A DNA stretch of 64,000 nt from the NCBI GenBank assembly GCA_951406725.2, contig OX597816.1, positions 154,442,001 through 154,506,000 of the forward strand, written 5' to 3'. The notes below the pieces were generated by a model that had not been told where the DNA came from, searched no databases, and saw only the letters and a program-made list of their open reading frames with translations. The DNA is from Octopus vulgaris (Eukaryota). The position numbers were made by a program, and so were the translations under genes. Below, one piece after another: positions 1-12,699 of this stretch (position 1 is its first letter; each line of letters starts with the position of its first letter).

Positions 1-69
1 TCTTGGGGCATTTATATATGCATGTGGTGTGTGTAGGAGTACAATAAGTGTGGAAAATGGTCTATTGGG

Positions 70-270
70 TGGATGTCTGTCTCTCAGGATGTTGAAAGAG
101 GACTTGTGGTTGTTATAACAGGTTCTGAAGGAGCCTTCAGTTACTCTCATGCATTTTTTCATGTTTGGTTGCCCATTTGTCCTATCGTTGTTACTACTGC
201 TTTCTATATGACGGTTGCTGTATTACAGTGGCTGTTCAGTGGACATGTTGTGTTACACCTACATATGCAT
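70..270 (-). mobile_element. Degenerate Penelope-like GIY-YIG endonuclease fragment
   Basis: Minus-strand translation with stops and a frameshift: CICRCNTTCPLNSHCNTATVI*KAVV...TEGSFRTCYNNHKSSF, matching the CxCR-CPLxxxC linker and VxYKA/TExxFKxRYxNHKSSF motifs of PLE endonucleases. Confidence 0.65.
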
Positions 271-399
271 CAAGCCTCTGTCTCCAGTGTGGGCACACCT
301 ACCAAAATCTCTTTTACATTGGGCGCACTGCTAAACACTTCTTCAATGTAGCAATGAGCACTTTTGACAGTGCTGATATATGTGACCTCATCTGCACTC

Positions 400-584
400 A
401 TACCGGTGCCATGTAAATGCACCTGTGCCATAAAAACACCCAGTACACTCTGTAAAGGGGTTTATGTTAGGAAGAGCATCCAGCCATAGGAACTATGCAA
501 AGACAGACACGTAGCCTGGGCAGCTCTTGTCAAACCATCCAGCCCACACCAGCATGGTAAACAGATGTTTAATGATGATGATGA
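400..584 (+). mobile_element. RTE-type 3' tail fragment
   Basis: ggaagagcatccagcc...ccagcatgg...gatgatgatga, homologous to the 3' ends of the RTE copies at 20.8-21.0 kb and 60.2 kb. Confidence 0.75.
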
Positions 585-619
585 ATATGATATTGGCCTT
601 GCTCACCAGTGGTAGCAAT

Positions 620-917
620 GGCAAGTGTTCTAGTTAATATGATCAACCAAGCAGCCTGCTCATGAAACTAATGTGCAAGTGGCTGAGCATTCCACAGATA
701 TGCATACTCTTAATGTAGTTCTCTGGGAGATTCAGTGTGACACAGAAAGTGACAAGGCTGCCCCTTTGAATTACAGGCATAACTCGTTTTTGCTAGTTGA
801 GTGGACTGGAGCAACCATGAAATAAAATATCTTGCTCAAGGTCCCAACATGCTGCTGGATATCGAACACATGGCCTTATGATCATGAGCTGAATAACTAG
901 CTACTAAACCATGTGCC

Positions 918-920
<3 letters not shown>
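620..920 (-). mobile_element. tRNA-derived SINE (family A)
   Basis: Reverse complement matches the copy at 51829-52151: tRNA-like head, ccttgagcaaga core and ctcagccacttgcacattaa segment. Confidence 0.75.
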
Positions 921-972
<52 letters not shown>

Positions 973-979
973 ACACACA

Positions 980-1031
<52 letters not shown>

Positions 1032-1073
1032 CACACAGACACAGACACAGACACACACACACACGCATACACA
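920..1073. repeat. (CA)n microsatellite
   Basis: Seen directly. Confidence 0.98.
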
Positions 1074-1309
1074 TGATATAATATACATGATATAATATAT
1101 GCATGTATATCTGTGTATCTTGTGTGTACAGTTAGATGTAAGATGACTATTGTATAAGTTAGAGCTCCATGCAGACTATCACTTTTGCAGTCAGCTTCCA
1201 GTATAATGTTTAGTTGAACATGTACTTAGCAGTGTTATGTATGTGTGTATGTGTGTATATATGTGTATGTATGTGTTTATATGTATGCATATAAATGTAT
1301 ATGTATGTA

Positions 1310-1612
1310 TCATCCTCATCATCATTTAATGTCCGTTTTTCATGCTAGCATGGGTTGGACAGTTTGACCAGGGTCTGGTAAGCCATGGAGGCTGCACCAG
1401 GCTCAAGTATGCTCTGGCAGTGTTTCTACAGCTGGATGCCCTTCCTAATGCCAACCACTCAGTGAGTGTAGTGGGTGCTTTTTATGTGCCACCGGTATGG
1501 GTATCACAACTACAATTTCCATTTGATTTTCATTTTGATGTTGATGTACTTGACTCAGTAGGTCTCCTCAAGCATAGCAGGTCGCCCTACGATCCAAGGT
1601 ACTTTTGAATGG
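1310..1612 (-). mobile_element. RTE LINE 3' UTR fragment
   Basis: (CAT)n followed by ttaatgtccgttttccatgctagcatggg-like tail; matches 24485-24920. Confidence 0.85.
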
Positions 1613-1868
1613 ACTATATATATATATAAATGAAGAATGTGTGATAGAATGCTAAGGTAAGAGCACTATAGATAAGTTGCAAGGTAGTGCTCAGAAAAAT
1701 CTGAAACTTCAACTCTTTCACCCAGGGCAGATAACACTAAGGTAGGAAGTCGGCTATAAGAAAAATCTACCTCAAGTGGGTCTGAAAACAGAAAAGACAG
1801 ACAAGCAATAATAGGATAAGGAATGTATTCACATGGAAAGCTGTGTGTACAAATAAATGATATAATCA

Positions 1869-1973
1869 AGTCTTATATATACAGCTGTTTCAAATAATCT
1901 ATGATTGGCATCATAATTATGAATATCATGTAATAATATTATTATTACTCAATAATAGTATCATCAATAACTG
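1869..1973 (-). ncRNA. Degenerate hammerhead-like motif with long stem II
   Basis: Minus strand TTGATGA (1967-1961), about 70 nt, then GAAAC-AGCT-GTA (1891-1880); same stem III as the 14.0-kb motif; stems poorly paired. Confidence 0.35.
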
Positions 1974-2169
1974 GCATGGATTTTGAGACTTGTGCGGTGA
2001 AGACATGTTATCCTCACCGGAAGACACTGGCAAGTTGCCTGGTGTCAACAAAGAGAGTGGCATGCGCTAGCAGAAATCAGCAAACTGACTCACAAACCCT
2101 AAAGGATTGGTAGCATCAAGACTGTCAAAAACCATAAAGATGTGGCCAAACATACAAGCCAGCCAACTG

Positions 2170-2384
2170 GCCACTACCATCACCGTCGTCACCACTACAA
2201 CTACATACCACCACTACCACTACTGCAATCAAGACTGCCACAGATACCACCATCACTACAACCATCACAGCTACCATCATCACTGGAACCATCACCATTG
2301 CCACCATCACCAACACTACTAATATCACTGCACCATCAGTACCACCACCACCACCACCACCACCACCACCACCATCACCATCAT

Positions 2385-2415
<31 letters not shown>

Positions 2416-2423
2416 AGCAGTAG
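2170..2423. repeat. (CAC)/(CAT)/(CAG) trinucleotide repeat tract
   Basis: Seen directly. Confidence 0.95.
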
Positions 2424-2750
2424 CACAAAGTCACATTTTGTTACCTGACAGATGGCAGCAGGGACATGCTATCCAATTCCAATCAGATATCTGAGTTTTT
2501 TTCTGCAGTATTTTGCTAAACTTTTTATTAGGAATGACTGGCTAAAGATGGTAGACTTCAGTATCCATCTCGATGGTCTAATTTAACTTTTGACCAAAGA
2601 TACACTTAAAAAAACAAAATTTATTTCAAGAAACAAAGTAGATGTGTTGAGCCACTTTGTGAGAAACAAATTGATGACCTTGGAAGATTTAATTTATAAA
2701 AAGTACTGCTGCACGTGATCAGTGTTATTAATGATCCTTTTGCCAATAGT

Positions 2751-3175
2751 CTACTGCAACTGGTAGCCAACTGGAAGAATTTCCACTACAACTGGCAGCT
2801 GACTGGGAGATTTTCTTCTGGTCATCAAATGGGAGAATTTCTATTGCAACACACTGCTGACTGGAAACATTTCTATAGCAAATGGTAACCAACTGAAAGA
2901 CTTACTTCTATCTCTGGCAGCCAACTGGGAGAAGTTCTACTGCAATTGGTAGATGACCGGGAAAATTTTTATGGCAAATGGCAGGCAGCTGGTAGAATTT
3001 CTACTGTAACTAGCAGCTGGTTAGGAAAATTTCTACGGCTACTGGTAGTCAAATGGAAAACTGTCTACTGTGACTGGCAAGGAGAATTAGTTACTGTTTG
3101 TAGCCAGGACAGAGAATTGTTGTTGTTATGGCAACTAGATGGAACAATTTCTGTTTCTACTGGTAGCCTACTGTA
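2751..3175. repeat. Degenerate 32-bp minisatellite (about 13 units)
   Basis: Unit ctactgcaactggtagccaactggaagaattt; unit starts at 2751, 2783, 2841, 2873, 2905, 2937, 2969, 3001, 3033 and 3065. Confidence 0.85.
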
Positions 3176-3199
3176 GATAAATCTTTAACATCTGAGAAA

Positions 3200-4655
3200 A
3201 AGGTTTGGGGAAACTGGAAGAAAGGGGCCAGCAAGGAGTACTATCAAGTTGCTAGAAGAAAAGATAAACACCAGGTATACTTAGGAAAGAAAGAAGCACA
3301 AACTAAGAGGATACCAATATTCTGGGACATTAGGATTAAAAACGTAATGCATCTTTGATTTTTAGACAGTGAGAACATTGAGAAATTGCTGGGTAAAAAT
3401 GTGTATCAAATGATTAAGACATACTTTTCTGATAAGAGGTGTAGATCTGTTGTATGAGGTTGTCAAATATGGAGAATGCTTGGGAGCAAGTGGGACCTTC
3501 CCAAGTAGATCTAAAGAGGAAATAACCTTTTAAGTTGACAGTAGCATGGTAGCAGGTGCAAATAAAGATATGAAGGTGAGGAATGCAGTTTGGCCACCAG
3601 GGATGGTGGCTAAAATGCTGGACTCATGCTAGTCAATCACATATTCAGTAAATAGTATAGGAAGGTGTCATACTCAGTGGGAAGCATAGTAGTGTCCTCA
3701 TTGATGTTTAGAAATTTTAGAAGACTTTTTGAAGACAAAGGATATGCACTAAAGAGAGAGAGGGGGGGGAGAGAAAGAGAGAGGGAGAGAGAGAGGGAGA
3801 GAGAGAGAGACAGACAGAGACAGAGAGTATTTAAGTGGCATCAAATTGGTGGACCAGGTTATGAAAGATATAGAATTTTAGCACAGTTGATTAAAGCAGA
3901 TCAAATGCATTTGAGTTTTGTACCAGGAAGACATACAGTTGATGCCATCTTCTTAGTGAACCAATTAGAGGAAGAATACTGAGCTAGAAATAAAGCTTCT
4001 ATATTTATTGACCTGGATAAATTTTTTTGAATGGTTCATGTGCTGTATTTTACTGGTTAGTAAGGAATCAAAGAATAGATGGGTGACATGTAAAGGCCAT
4101 ACAGAAGCAGAATCAGTAAAGTGAGAAGTAGCAATGAATTCAGCAATGAATTTAAAATTCAATTAGATGTGTGTGTGTGTGTAGGGTGTTGGATGTAGCT
4201 TAATTATCAGGTGTCTTCTGCTTCCCTGACCATAACAGGGTGTTTAAGACCTAGTTCTTATAGCTGAATCTAGTAGATTTAGGGAAGAAATTACTTAAGT
4301 TGAAGCAAAATAGAATGGAAGGGCTTCAAAATAAATTTAGCAAAGATTAGATTTTAGTGAGTAGGAAAGAAGGCAGGAAATGAATGATATGCAGAAAAAT
4401 GAATAGGTAGAAATTCCACAGTCTGTTCAGTGTAAACTATGGATGCACAAGAGATGTAATGAGCTCACAGGTAGACTAATGGAAAAATAAGGCTTTAAAT
4501 GTAGCAAGAATTAAGAGTACACTTGAAATAGATTCTCTGAAGTGTCTGGAATACTCCCTAGAAATAGCTGGTAACTCCTCTTACCTTGGGGGCCTAATTA
4601 ATGTGAAGATGGTTGCTCTGAAAGCATAGTAGCCAGAGTAAAAATGAAGAGGAGA
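3200..4655 (+). mobile_element. Old degenerate RTE LINE (RT region)
   Basis: ORF 3665-3982 ends with DQMHLSFVPGRHTVDAIFLVNQLEEEY, the RTE QFGFxPGRSTxDAIF motif; downstream sequence is collinear with the 19.3-20.1 kb copy. Confidence 0.8.
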
Positions 4656-4661
4656 AATGTT

Positions 4662-4840
4662 ACATACCTACATACATACGTACGTACGTACATACATACA
4701 TACATACATACATACATACATGCATACAGACAGACAGACATACATACATCTATCATCATCATCATCATCACCATCTTCTTCTTCTTCTTCTTCTTCTTCT
4801 TCTTCTTCTTCTTCTTCTTCTTCTTCTTCTTCTTCTTCTT
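4662..4840. repeat. Compound microsatellite (TACA)n-(CAT)n-(CTT)n
   Basis: Seen directly. Confidence 0.97.
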
Positions 4841-5782
4841 TGTATATGCATATCGTTTCTTCTTACATCCATTTTTTTCCATGCTAGCATGGATTAAAAA
4901 TAACATTGAGGTAAATTACTTTTTCATGGTGGAGCTTAGAGTAGGCAAAGTGGTAAATAATAGTGGGTAGAATATTGGGTTAAAAATTCCTTCGGATGGA
5001 AAAAAGTTGAAGTTTTATCTATTCCAAATGCCATTAGTAAAAAATAGTTCATTTCATATCACTCAAAATTTCAAAATTCTTGTTGTAATATTGAGGTATT
5101 GCTATTGCTACCAGATGTTCTTCATGTTGCCACCTGGTTTTCAGGTAAGAGATCCCTTATTCCACCTGTCTTTGAAGGCTCAAAGCCAACAAATGATTCT
5201 TTTTGAGAAGGGAAATGACAACAGTGTCACCATTTGTATCTCAGTAAATTTGGAGAAGTGCTAATGTAATTAAACATATAGACTCACATGTGTGTGTTTC
5301 CTTGGTTGGGTATAAGTAAAGAACATTGTTTTTATATATGCTACATTGAAAGAACATTACAATAATTAATGGCAATAAAAGAAATACAAAATATTAATAC
5401 CAAACGGTAATCTTAATCTCCAACTTTATGTGGTGATTGTGAAAGACCACAGAAGACTGTGTTATTTACTTTGAAAGAACCTGTCATAAGAACTCATGGT
5501 GCATAAGAGTACTTGTAATTATATCGTTGACAGATGAGAATTGTCTGCAACAGCTGCTGGAACTGTCAGACCATGTGATTTGATCCTGCTGTGGGTTCCT
5601 TAGTGACAGATGTCCAACAGTCATCAATGATATATAGAAATATCATTGTCTGTTCAGGCACTGGTGTCAAAAATAGCCAATGGGCTTATTAAAATAAACC
5701 TCCACATTTAAGAACATTATTATTCCAAAACAAACATAAAGGAATGATAAGAAAATATGAAAAATCCTTAATGGGAAACACT

Positions 5783-7065
5783 AAACTTGACGAGACTGGC
5801 TTTTTCTGGAAGGGGATGCCTTCCAGAATGTACTCCATGAAGGATGAAGCCAGAGCCCCAGCATTTAAGGCACAAAAGGACAGAGTGAAGTTAATCATGT
5901 GTGGCAATGCTACTGGCTTCATGATAAAATCAGGATTTATCTACAAGTCTGCGAACCCAAGGGCCTTCAAAACTAAGAATAAAAATCTGATGCCTGTCCA
6001 CTGGATACACAACACCAAGGCCTGGATTACCAAAAGTCTAACTTTCATTTGGTTCCACCAATGCTTCATCCCTCAAGCCAAAGAATGCCTCCAAAATATT
6101 TGCATGGAATTCAAGGTGTTGCTTGTTATGGATAATGCTGGTAGTTACTCTTTGGATTTGAATCATGAGGGAGTTTAAGTTGAGTTCCTCGCTGCCAACA
6201 TCACCTCCCTCATCTAGCCTATGGATCAAGGTGTGATCTATGCCTTCAAGGCACTCTACACTTGGAACTCTCTCCAACACCTTGTGGATGCAATGGGTTC
6301 AGACGACAATTTCAAGTTAAAGGAGTACTGGCGTAACTTCATGATTGCAACATACCTGTCAGTCATCCACACTGCTCCTTAAGACATGCAAAAAGAAACT
6401 CTCATCGCATGCTGGGAGAAGGTGTGGCCTGAGTGTGTCCAGGACTACAAGGGCTTCTCCACTGAAGATATTCAGCACGAATGCAGTGAAACTGGCAAAG
6501 GTTTCAATGACACCACATAAGACGAGGTCAATGACCTCATTGATGCCCACTCTGAAACCCTGATAGATGAAGATTTGTTGGAGTTAACAAAGAGGATGAG
6601 GTGGATTTGGCAATCAAGTGTCTGTCCAACCTTTTAAGGACAGCAAAGGAATTTCAAGGGAAGGCAGAAGCATGGGATCCCTATATGGTTTGGTCTCTCC
6701 AATTTAAAAATGCCATCGATGCTCTCATGCTGACATATAAAACTCTCCTCACCACCATGAAGAAACAATGACAGCAACTTCCTATCATAATGTTCCTTAA
6801 GCCCATCAAGAAAGCCTTGCATGAAGATACAACATCCCCTAAAACACCTGAAGAAGAGGTGTCATGTGGAGAGCTTTAAATCTTCTTTGCTGTGCAGTCA
6901 TTACCTTCATTATTTTCATCATCATCGTCTTAAATCAATATCATTCATTATTGGTAACAGTGCTTTAATTTTTATTAAATATTATATATATAATATTTTA
7001 CATCATATTTTGACATTTATAGGCATTTTTATGGACCATGTCAAATATTTGCGGTTTTTCACTAT
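5783..7065 (+). mobile_element. Tigger/pogo (TIGD1-like) DDE transposase remnant
   Basis: DETGFFWKGMPSR...KDRVKLIMCGNA...VLLVMDNAGS...SLI*PMDQGVIYAFKALY, containing the DETG, DNA and PMDQG catalytic motifs, with stops and frameshifts. Confidence 0.92.
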
Positions 7066-7830
7066 GTACAGGTAGGGGACTATTATATTATTCTTTTACC
7101 TCAACAAAATTTATCTGTCCCATGCCAGCATGAAAAAGTGGACATTAAAGTGATAATGATGATGATGATGATGATTAGTTCTCACAACAATAACATTTTA
7201 AAAATCCTTGTCTAATGTTTCGAGATTATCACAATCCCAATTTCAAAATAAGCTATTGCAATGGCATGTTTTCAATATAACATATTTAAAAGAGGAGTTG
7301 TTCCCTGTTTACATAGATACACATACACAGACACATATATGGATAATAATTGGCATTAGATTATCATTTATACCTATGAGAAAACCAGCTAGAATTTTGA
7401 AATTCTACAAATTTTAAGCTCAATTTTTGTAACAAAGAGTCCACATTGTTGAAGTTGTAAAAAAGAGCCATATTGTGAGATTTGCAAAATACTGCTGACT
7501 AAATAAGTGAAATAGATTGACTTGATATCATCGTTAAAATATATGAAAAACAGGATGTGCCTACTTACAGAGATGACCTTCCTTTTGAACAACAATTTCT
7601 TTTTAAGACAAATTAAGTATAAAAATTTGGAAACAGAAATGTAGAAATTATAGTACACAAACAGTATTAATAGTAACTATTTTAATTGGTTTAATTAAAA
7701 AGAATTGACCAATATACCTATGAAAATGTTTACAAAGCCCAAGATTACTGAAACACAAAATATTCTTAGTGGAACCATTTACATCAATCAGTTAAGCATT
7801 ACCCAAATGACAACTCAGTTGAAAACTATG

Positions 7831-8510
7831 TATTTACATTCAACGGATATTTGTCCTCATCTTGTTTGTTGTTAACACATTTCAGCTGATGTACCCTCCA
7901 GCCTTCATCAGGTGTCTTGGGGAAATTTTGAACCTGGGTTCTCATTCCTAAGGTATTTTTCAATGTTATCATTCTTCATATTATTCAAGTCACTGCTTGG
8001 AATCAAACTCGGAATCTTGGTGTTAGTAGCCTGTGCTCTTAACCGTGGGCAATTATGGAGTGAATTTTAGGGCTTATAAATTTAATATTTTTTTCTATCC
8101 TTCCTTAATACTGGTTCCCATATGCTGCTCATATCTGCTCTCAGTCTGCTTAGGAGGTTGTTGTGTCCTAGCATATGTGCTGCTTCTTTTAGTTTTCATA
8201 TTTTCCATTAATGTTCTCTATCTATTATTTTAACTTCGTTCCACAGGTGGTCTCCAGTTTTCCATACATGATCAGCTATACCTGATTTATCAATATCTCC
8301 TGGTGTTTTAGCTTTGAGATGTTCATCTACCCTATTTTGAGGGGCAGCATGTTTCGCCTTTGTATAACCTGCCACAGCTGCATGGGATGGAATACATGCA
8401 GTCTTTGGTCATATTCTCTTCTATTGGTGGTTTTACTCAAAGGAGATATTTGCAAAGTGTTGTATTACTCTTGAATACTGTCCTGATGTCATATGGGCTG
8501 CATATCTTTT
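7831..8510 (-). mobile_element. Penelope (Poseidon-like) 3' fragment: GIY-YIG, tRNA-like segment and HHR-bearing pLTR
   Basis: Minus translation DCMYSIPCSCGRLYKGETC...SGIADHVWKTGDH...LKEAAHM; its 3' UTR is an inverted copy of 8790-9090. Confidence 0.88.
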
Positions 8511-8529
8511 GTATACAGTGTAAAGAGAG

Positions 8530-9126
8530 GGATAGCTCAGTACCTAAAACCTCATGCAAGGAATATAAGTTGTGATCATGATACACACCACAAAGAAATG
8601 ATCAAGCTCAATAATGATCTGTTAAGCAACAACTACCCCATAAGTATACTATCCACTCCAATTATGAAGAAGAGAGAGGATGAGGCCAATAAACTGTCCA
8701 CAGTCTGTCTACCCTATGCGAATGGCCTCTCCGAAAAGATACAAAAGATATGTGACCCATATGACATCAGGACAGTATTCAAGAGTAATATGGGAATCGT
8801 AATTAGGTAAGGATAGAAAAATATTAGATTTATAAGCCCTAAAATTCACTCCATTATTGCTCATGGGCAATAGGCATAGTGGTTAAGAGTGTGAGCTACT
8901 AACCCCAAGATTCTGAGTTCGATTCCAAGTAGTGACCTGAATAAGAATAATAACATCGAAAAATACCTTAGGAATGAGAACCCAGTTTTGAAATTTCCCC
9001 AAGACAGCTGATGAAGGCTGGAGGGTATATCAGCTGAAACGTTGTGTTAACGATAAACAAGATGAGGACAAATATCTGTCAAATGTAAATAATGTACATA
9101 ATTCCTCATCTCTTAAATATAGAACT
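8530..9126 (+). mobile_element. Second, inverted Penelope fragment with the GIY-YIG domain deleted
   Basis: ORF ...LLSNNYPISIL...VCLPYANGLSEKIQKICDPYDIRTVFKSN jumps at about 8790 directly to the ORF end and 3' UTR. Confidence 0.88.
9001..9048 (+). ncRNA. Minimal type-I hammerhead ribozyme in the PLE pLTR
   Basis: gacag-CTGATGA(9008-9014)-A-GGCTG-loop-CAGCT-GAAAC-GTT-gtgtt with palindromic stem III AACGTT; homologues at 7874-7917(-) and about 55947-55994(-). Confidence 0.8.
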
Positions 9127-9327
9127 GTACTACTATGTATATTTTTGTCCTCCCACACTTTACAGATTGACAAAAAGGCTAAGGCAAATGTTATTAAAAA
9201 ATATTTTAATAGCATTAACATGAAAGGATGCAATGTGTTTCATTTACTTTTGAAAATATGTTCCAAATCATAACTGCTAATCATGATAAGCTGTTGTTTA
9301 ATATCCATGTTTCATACTGGCATACAC

Positions 9328-9715
9328 ACAGAGGTTGAACCATAATGATGGGACACATTTTAAATGCTAGTATCTTGGATTATAAAAATGACATAGAGTA
9401 CCAAATATATTTATTGTATAACTAATATACAGAAGTTCAATATATTATCCAAAAGAACATTCATGAGCTTGCTTTCTCATATGAAGCACACTATGGTTTA
9501 GCATATCAACTAGAATGGCTGCAATCTCTTTACGGATGCTTTGTTTTAGTTCCGCTGCTGTGTGGGGCCTTCATGCATATACCCTATCCTTGAGGTAACC
9601 CCCACAGAAAGTAGTCCAATGGGGTTAGATCTGATGGTCTGGATGGCCAGTGGATATCACCAAATCTCGAAATGAGATGCCCGGAGAATTGTTCTTGAAG
9701 AGTTGTCCTTGACAA
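9328..9715 (-). mobile_element. Tc1/mariner-superfamily transposase C-terminal remnant
   Basis: LISRFGDIHWPSRPSDLTPLDYFLWG, the WPxRSPDLTPLDYFLWG motif. Confidence 0.85.
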
Positions 9716-9758
9716 TCTTAGATGGTTGCACTCTTGTATATCAGTTATGTAATTAATA

Positions 9759-10353
9759 TATAATAATAATAATAATAAAAATGCCCTAATGCAGTACCAG
9801 ACAGTGACTCTCATGGCTTCTGATCTTAACTGATTGGAAGTGTTATTATGTACATTGTTTTGTCTTGGTATAAAAGATGGGCTACAGCAAATATTCTGCT
9901 CAATACCACAGATTTGCTTGTTAGTTGTTTGACCTTAACCAGTTGGGTATGTCCCTTAGTGGCTGACGATATGTGCATCTCTGATCATGAGTGGGGGAAC
10001 ATCATAGCCATGTGTTGAAAGGAATTCTTGGAGGTTTGGATAATTCACCTTTGGAAACATGGGTGGTTCGTTCAACATCCTTAAACAATCCTTATTCAGG
10101 GACCTTTTGAGCGGGATGGGCTACTTGACTAGAAGAAAATTCTAACTGGGCCCCAGCTGCAAGGTCATGCGCTGTTTATCTTGATATGAGATCACCATGT
10201 CACGCACATATGGTTGTGATGCATGTGCCTAGTGAACCCTTATCAGACGGGTAGTCATGATGGGTATACTGGGCTTCGTATATTTTACTCCAGTGTCACT
10301 TTGATGGTATGCACTGCTCTCTCACTCAATAATAATAATAATAATAATAATAA
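9759..10353. mobile_element. Non-coding interspersed element of about 550 bp bounded by (TAA)n on both sides
   Basis: (TAA)n at 9759-9778 and 10328-10353 flank a complex, ORF-less block of higher GC than its surroundings. Confidence 0.55.
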
Positions 10354-10494
10354 TGAAATTATTGTATACAGTACTCAGGTGCACCACAACTTGTCAAAAG
10401 TGTGTATAAAGCATATATTGGTACTCTATGTCATTTTTATAATCCAAGATACTACCATTTAAAACATGTCATCATTATGATTCACCCTTTATAT

Positions 10495-10685
10495 ATCATC
10501 ATCATCATTATTGTTTAACATCTGACTTCCATGCATGCATGGGTAGGATGGTTGACAGGAGCTGACCATGTAGAAAACTACCCATGGCTACTGTGTCTGT
10601 TTTGGCAGGGTTTTACGGCTGGATGGCCTTCCTAACACCAACAACTCTGCAGAGTAGACTCAGTGCTTTTTACTTGGACACTAGC
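10495..10685 (-). mobile_element. RTE-type 3' tail fragment
   Basis: (CAT)n plus ttccatgc...ggctggatggccttcctaac. Confidence 0.7.
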
Positions 10686-11099
10686 ACACACACACACTTA
10701 TTCTATTCATCCATTATTCCTGGATAAGATACAATGAAATGCAGACAGTTGAATTAAAGCTCATAAATAAATTTAAAAAATGAGAAGTACTAGTAGTAGG
10801 AGAGAAGAAAAAAAAAACTGGAGAGAAGTTTTAGTGGAAGTTAAAATATGTTGAAGCCTAAATTACATTGTCATAGTCCACTTCAATTTGTTGGACATCA
10901 AATTCTGTTATTTCTCCTTCTTCAACTTGTTTTTAATTTATCTCTCCTTCTTCATTTTAATGTTTCTATGTTTACCTGTTTGTAACTCATTAAAAAAAAA
11001 ATTTCTCATTATGTACCTCTCTTCTGCTCTCACTGAGAGGAAAAGTACTCCCATAGATAATGATATTTATATATATTTATATACAGACATGTATATATG

Positions 11100-11220
<121 letters not shown>

Positions 11221-12699
11221 GGAAAGTAGTGTTAAATGTGTTGTCTGTAAGTTCTGTAAAGCTGTCATGAAGTTGTCAACAAGGAGGAAAGAATGCTATG
11301 TCATGAAATTGTCAGCAAAAACTAACAGAATGGGTGAAGTGGTGGTGGAGTTGTGTAGAAGTACCTCCATGACTTTTTTGCTTTTTTAAAATTTGCTTTG
11401 AGAAAATTTCTCTCCTGATTTGTATGCTTCAAAAATTGGACATTACAATTCTGTTAAAAACATTTTTCAGTTTCCCATTCTTTTTTCATTATATTCCAGA
11501 CAAAACCCACCTCATTCTCCATTTTGCTGTATGAAACCAGCAATAATTTTTACACCCATGCTAGCATGGAAAGCGGACGCTAAACGATGATGATGATGAT
11601 GATGAATTTTGACATCTTTTCCAGTTTTTTTCTTTTTTGGTTTGTATTAGAGGTTTTAAACTTTGATTATGATTCTGGAAAAAATATGCTTTTCAGAAAT
11701 TCAAGTTTCTTTCAATCCCACTTCTTTCCCAGTTTCAACTATTTTTTATAATATTTTTTTTCTCAATTGATATGTTTTAAATGTAGAACAGAAAAAAAGA
11801 AGAAAAAAGCACTTTCATAAATTCAATTCTTTGCTTATTGTACAATACCATCAATGTTGCACTTGGTGCTCTCTGACTAAGAAAAGGAACAGGATGGCCA
11901 TGGCAAGAATGACTTTTGATTGGAGCTGACATTGTATTGATGAGGTATATTTGAGAGAAACAGCTGCTATATTTCATTCAAACTATATGAGTCTTATGCA
12001 CATACAAGCCAAGAAGGTAGATCTCTATGTGGTAGCACAATCTGCTAGAAATAACAGCTAAACCATCCTCAGTTCACATTGTCTTATGTACGTATACACA
12101 TATGTATGAACCAATGTAGGAGATCCTACATGTCTAGATTTGTGAGAAATATCAGCTAAATTTCCCTAAGAGCAACCCCTGTTGGGTGATATATGCATGT
12201 ATATATGTACTCATGATCCAAAAAAAGAGATCTGTATATCTTACTTCATCCTTTATGTGTGTGTGTTTTGCTCTTGAACTTATGAAACTTCTTTTCATTT
12301 CTTTAACTGGTTATTTTCAGCATGATACAAACTAAAATAAAATGTACTCCACTTTTTTCACCCCTTTTCTTTTTGTCTAACTTTCTAAGGAAAAATATAA
12401 GCTTGAAATGTTAAAGCTTTTCTATTTTCTTCCTGCTCCTTTAGTGTCAAAATAATAATTACCTTCTTGTGCAGGAAAAGGAAAGGTCATTGGATCAGTA
12501 TAACCAGTGATTTATGGTATATTTTGAGAGCTTGTTCTGATTCATTTAATTTGAAAGAAGTTACACCATGAAGACTCAAAGATATGATCTAGTAAAAAGT
12601 TATGTCACTATACAGAGACTGTAAGACAAGGAGTTTGACATTTTTGTAGAATTTGTTCAAACAGAAATAACACAATTGCTAGTCTAAAACTTTAGAGTA

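Noticed and set aside
836-1104. Overlapping ORFs rich in CV or HT repeats (also at 4.6, 16.2, 24.0 and 62.9-63.9 kb)
   Set aside because: They are translations of microsatellites, not genes.
2107-2423. Poly-His/Gln ORFs resembling a transcription-factor exon
   Set aside because: Pure trinucleotide repeat that is open in several frames, with no domain and no convincing splice sites.
2751-3175. Regularly spaced 32-bp units resembling a CRISPR array
   Set aside because: The units are contiguous with no unique spacers, there are no cas genes, and the context is eukaryotic.
9962-10025. CTGACGA...GAAA in the TAA-flanked element
   Set aside because: I could not form stems II and III or an NUH site.
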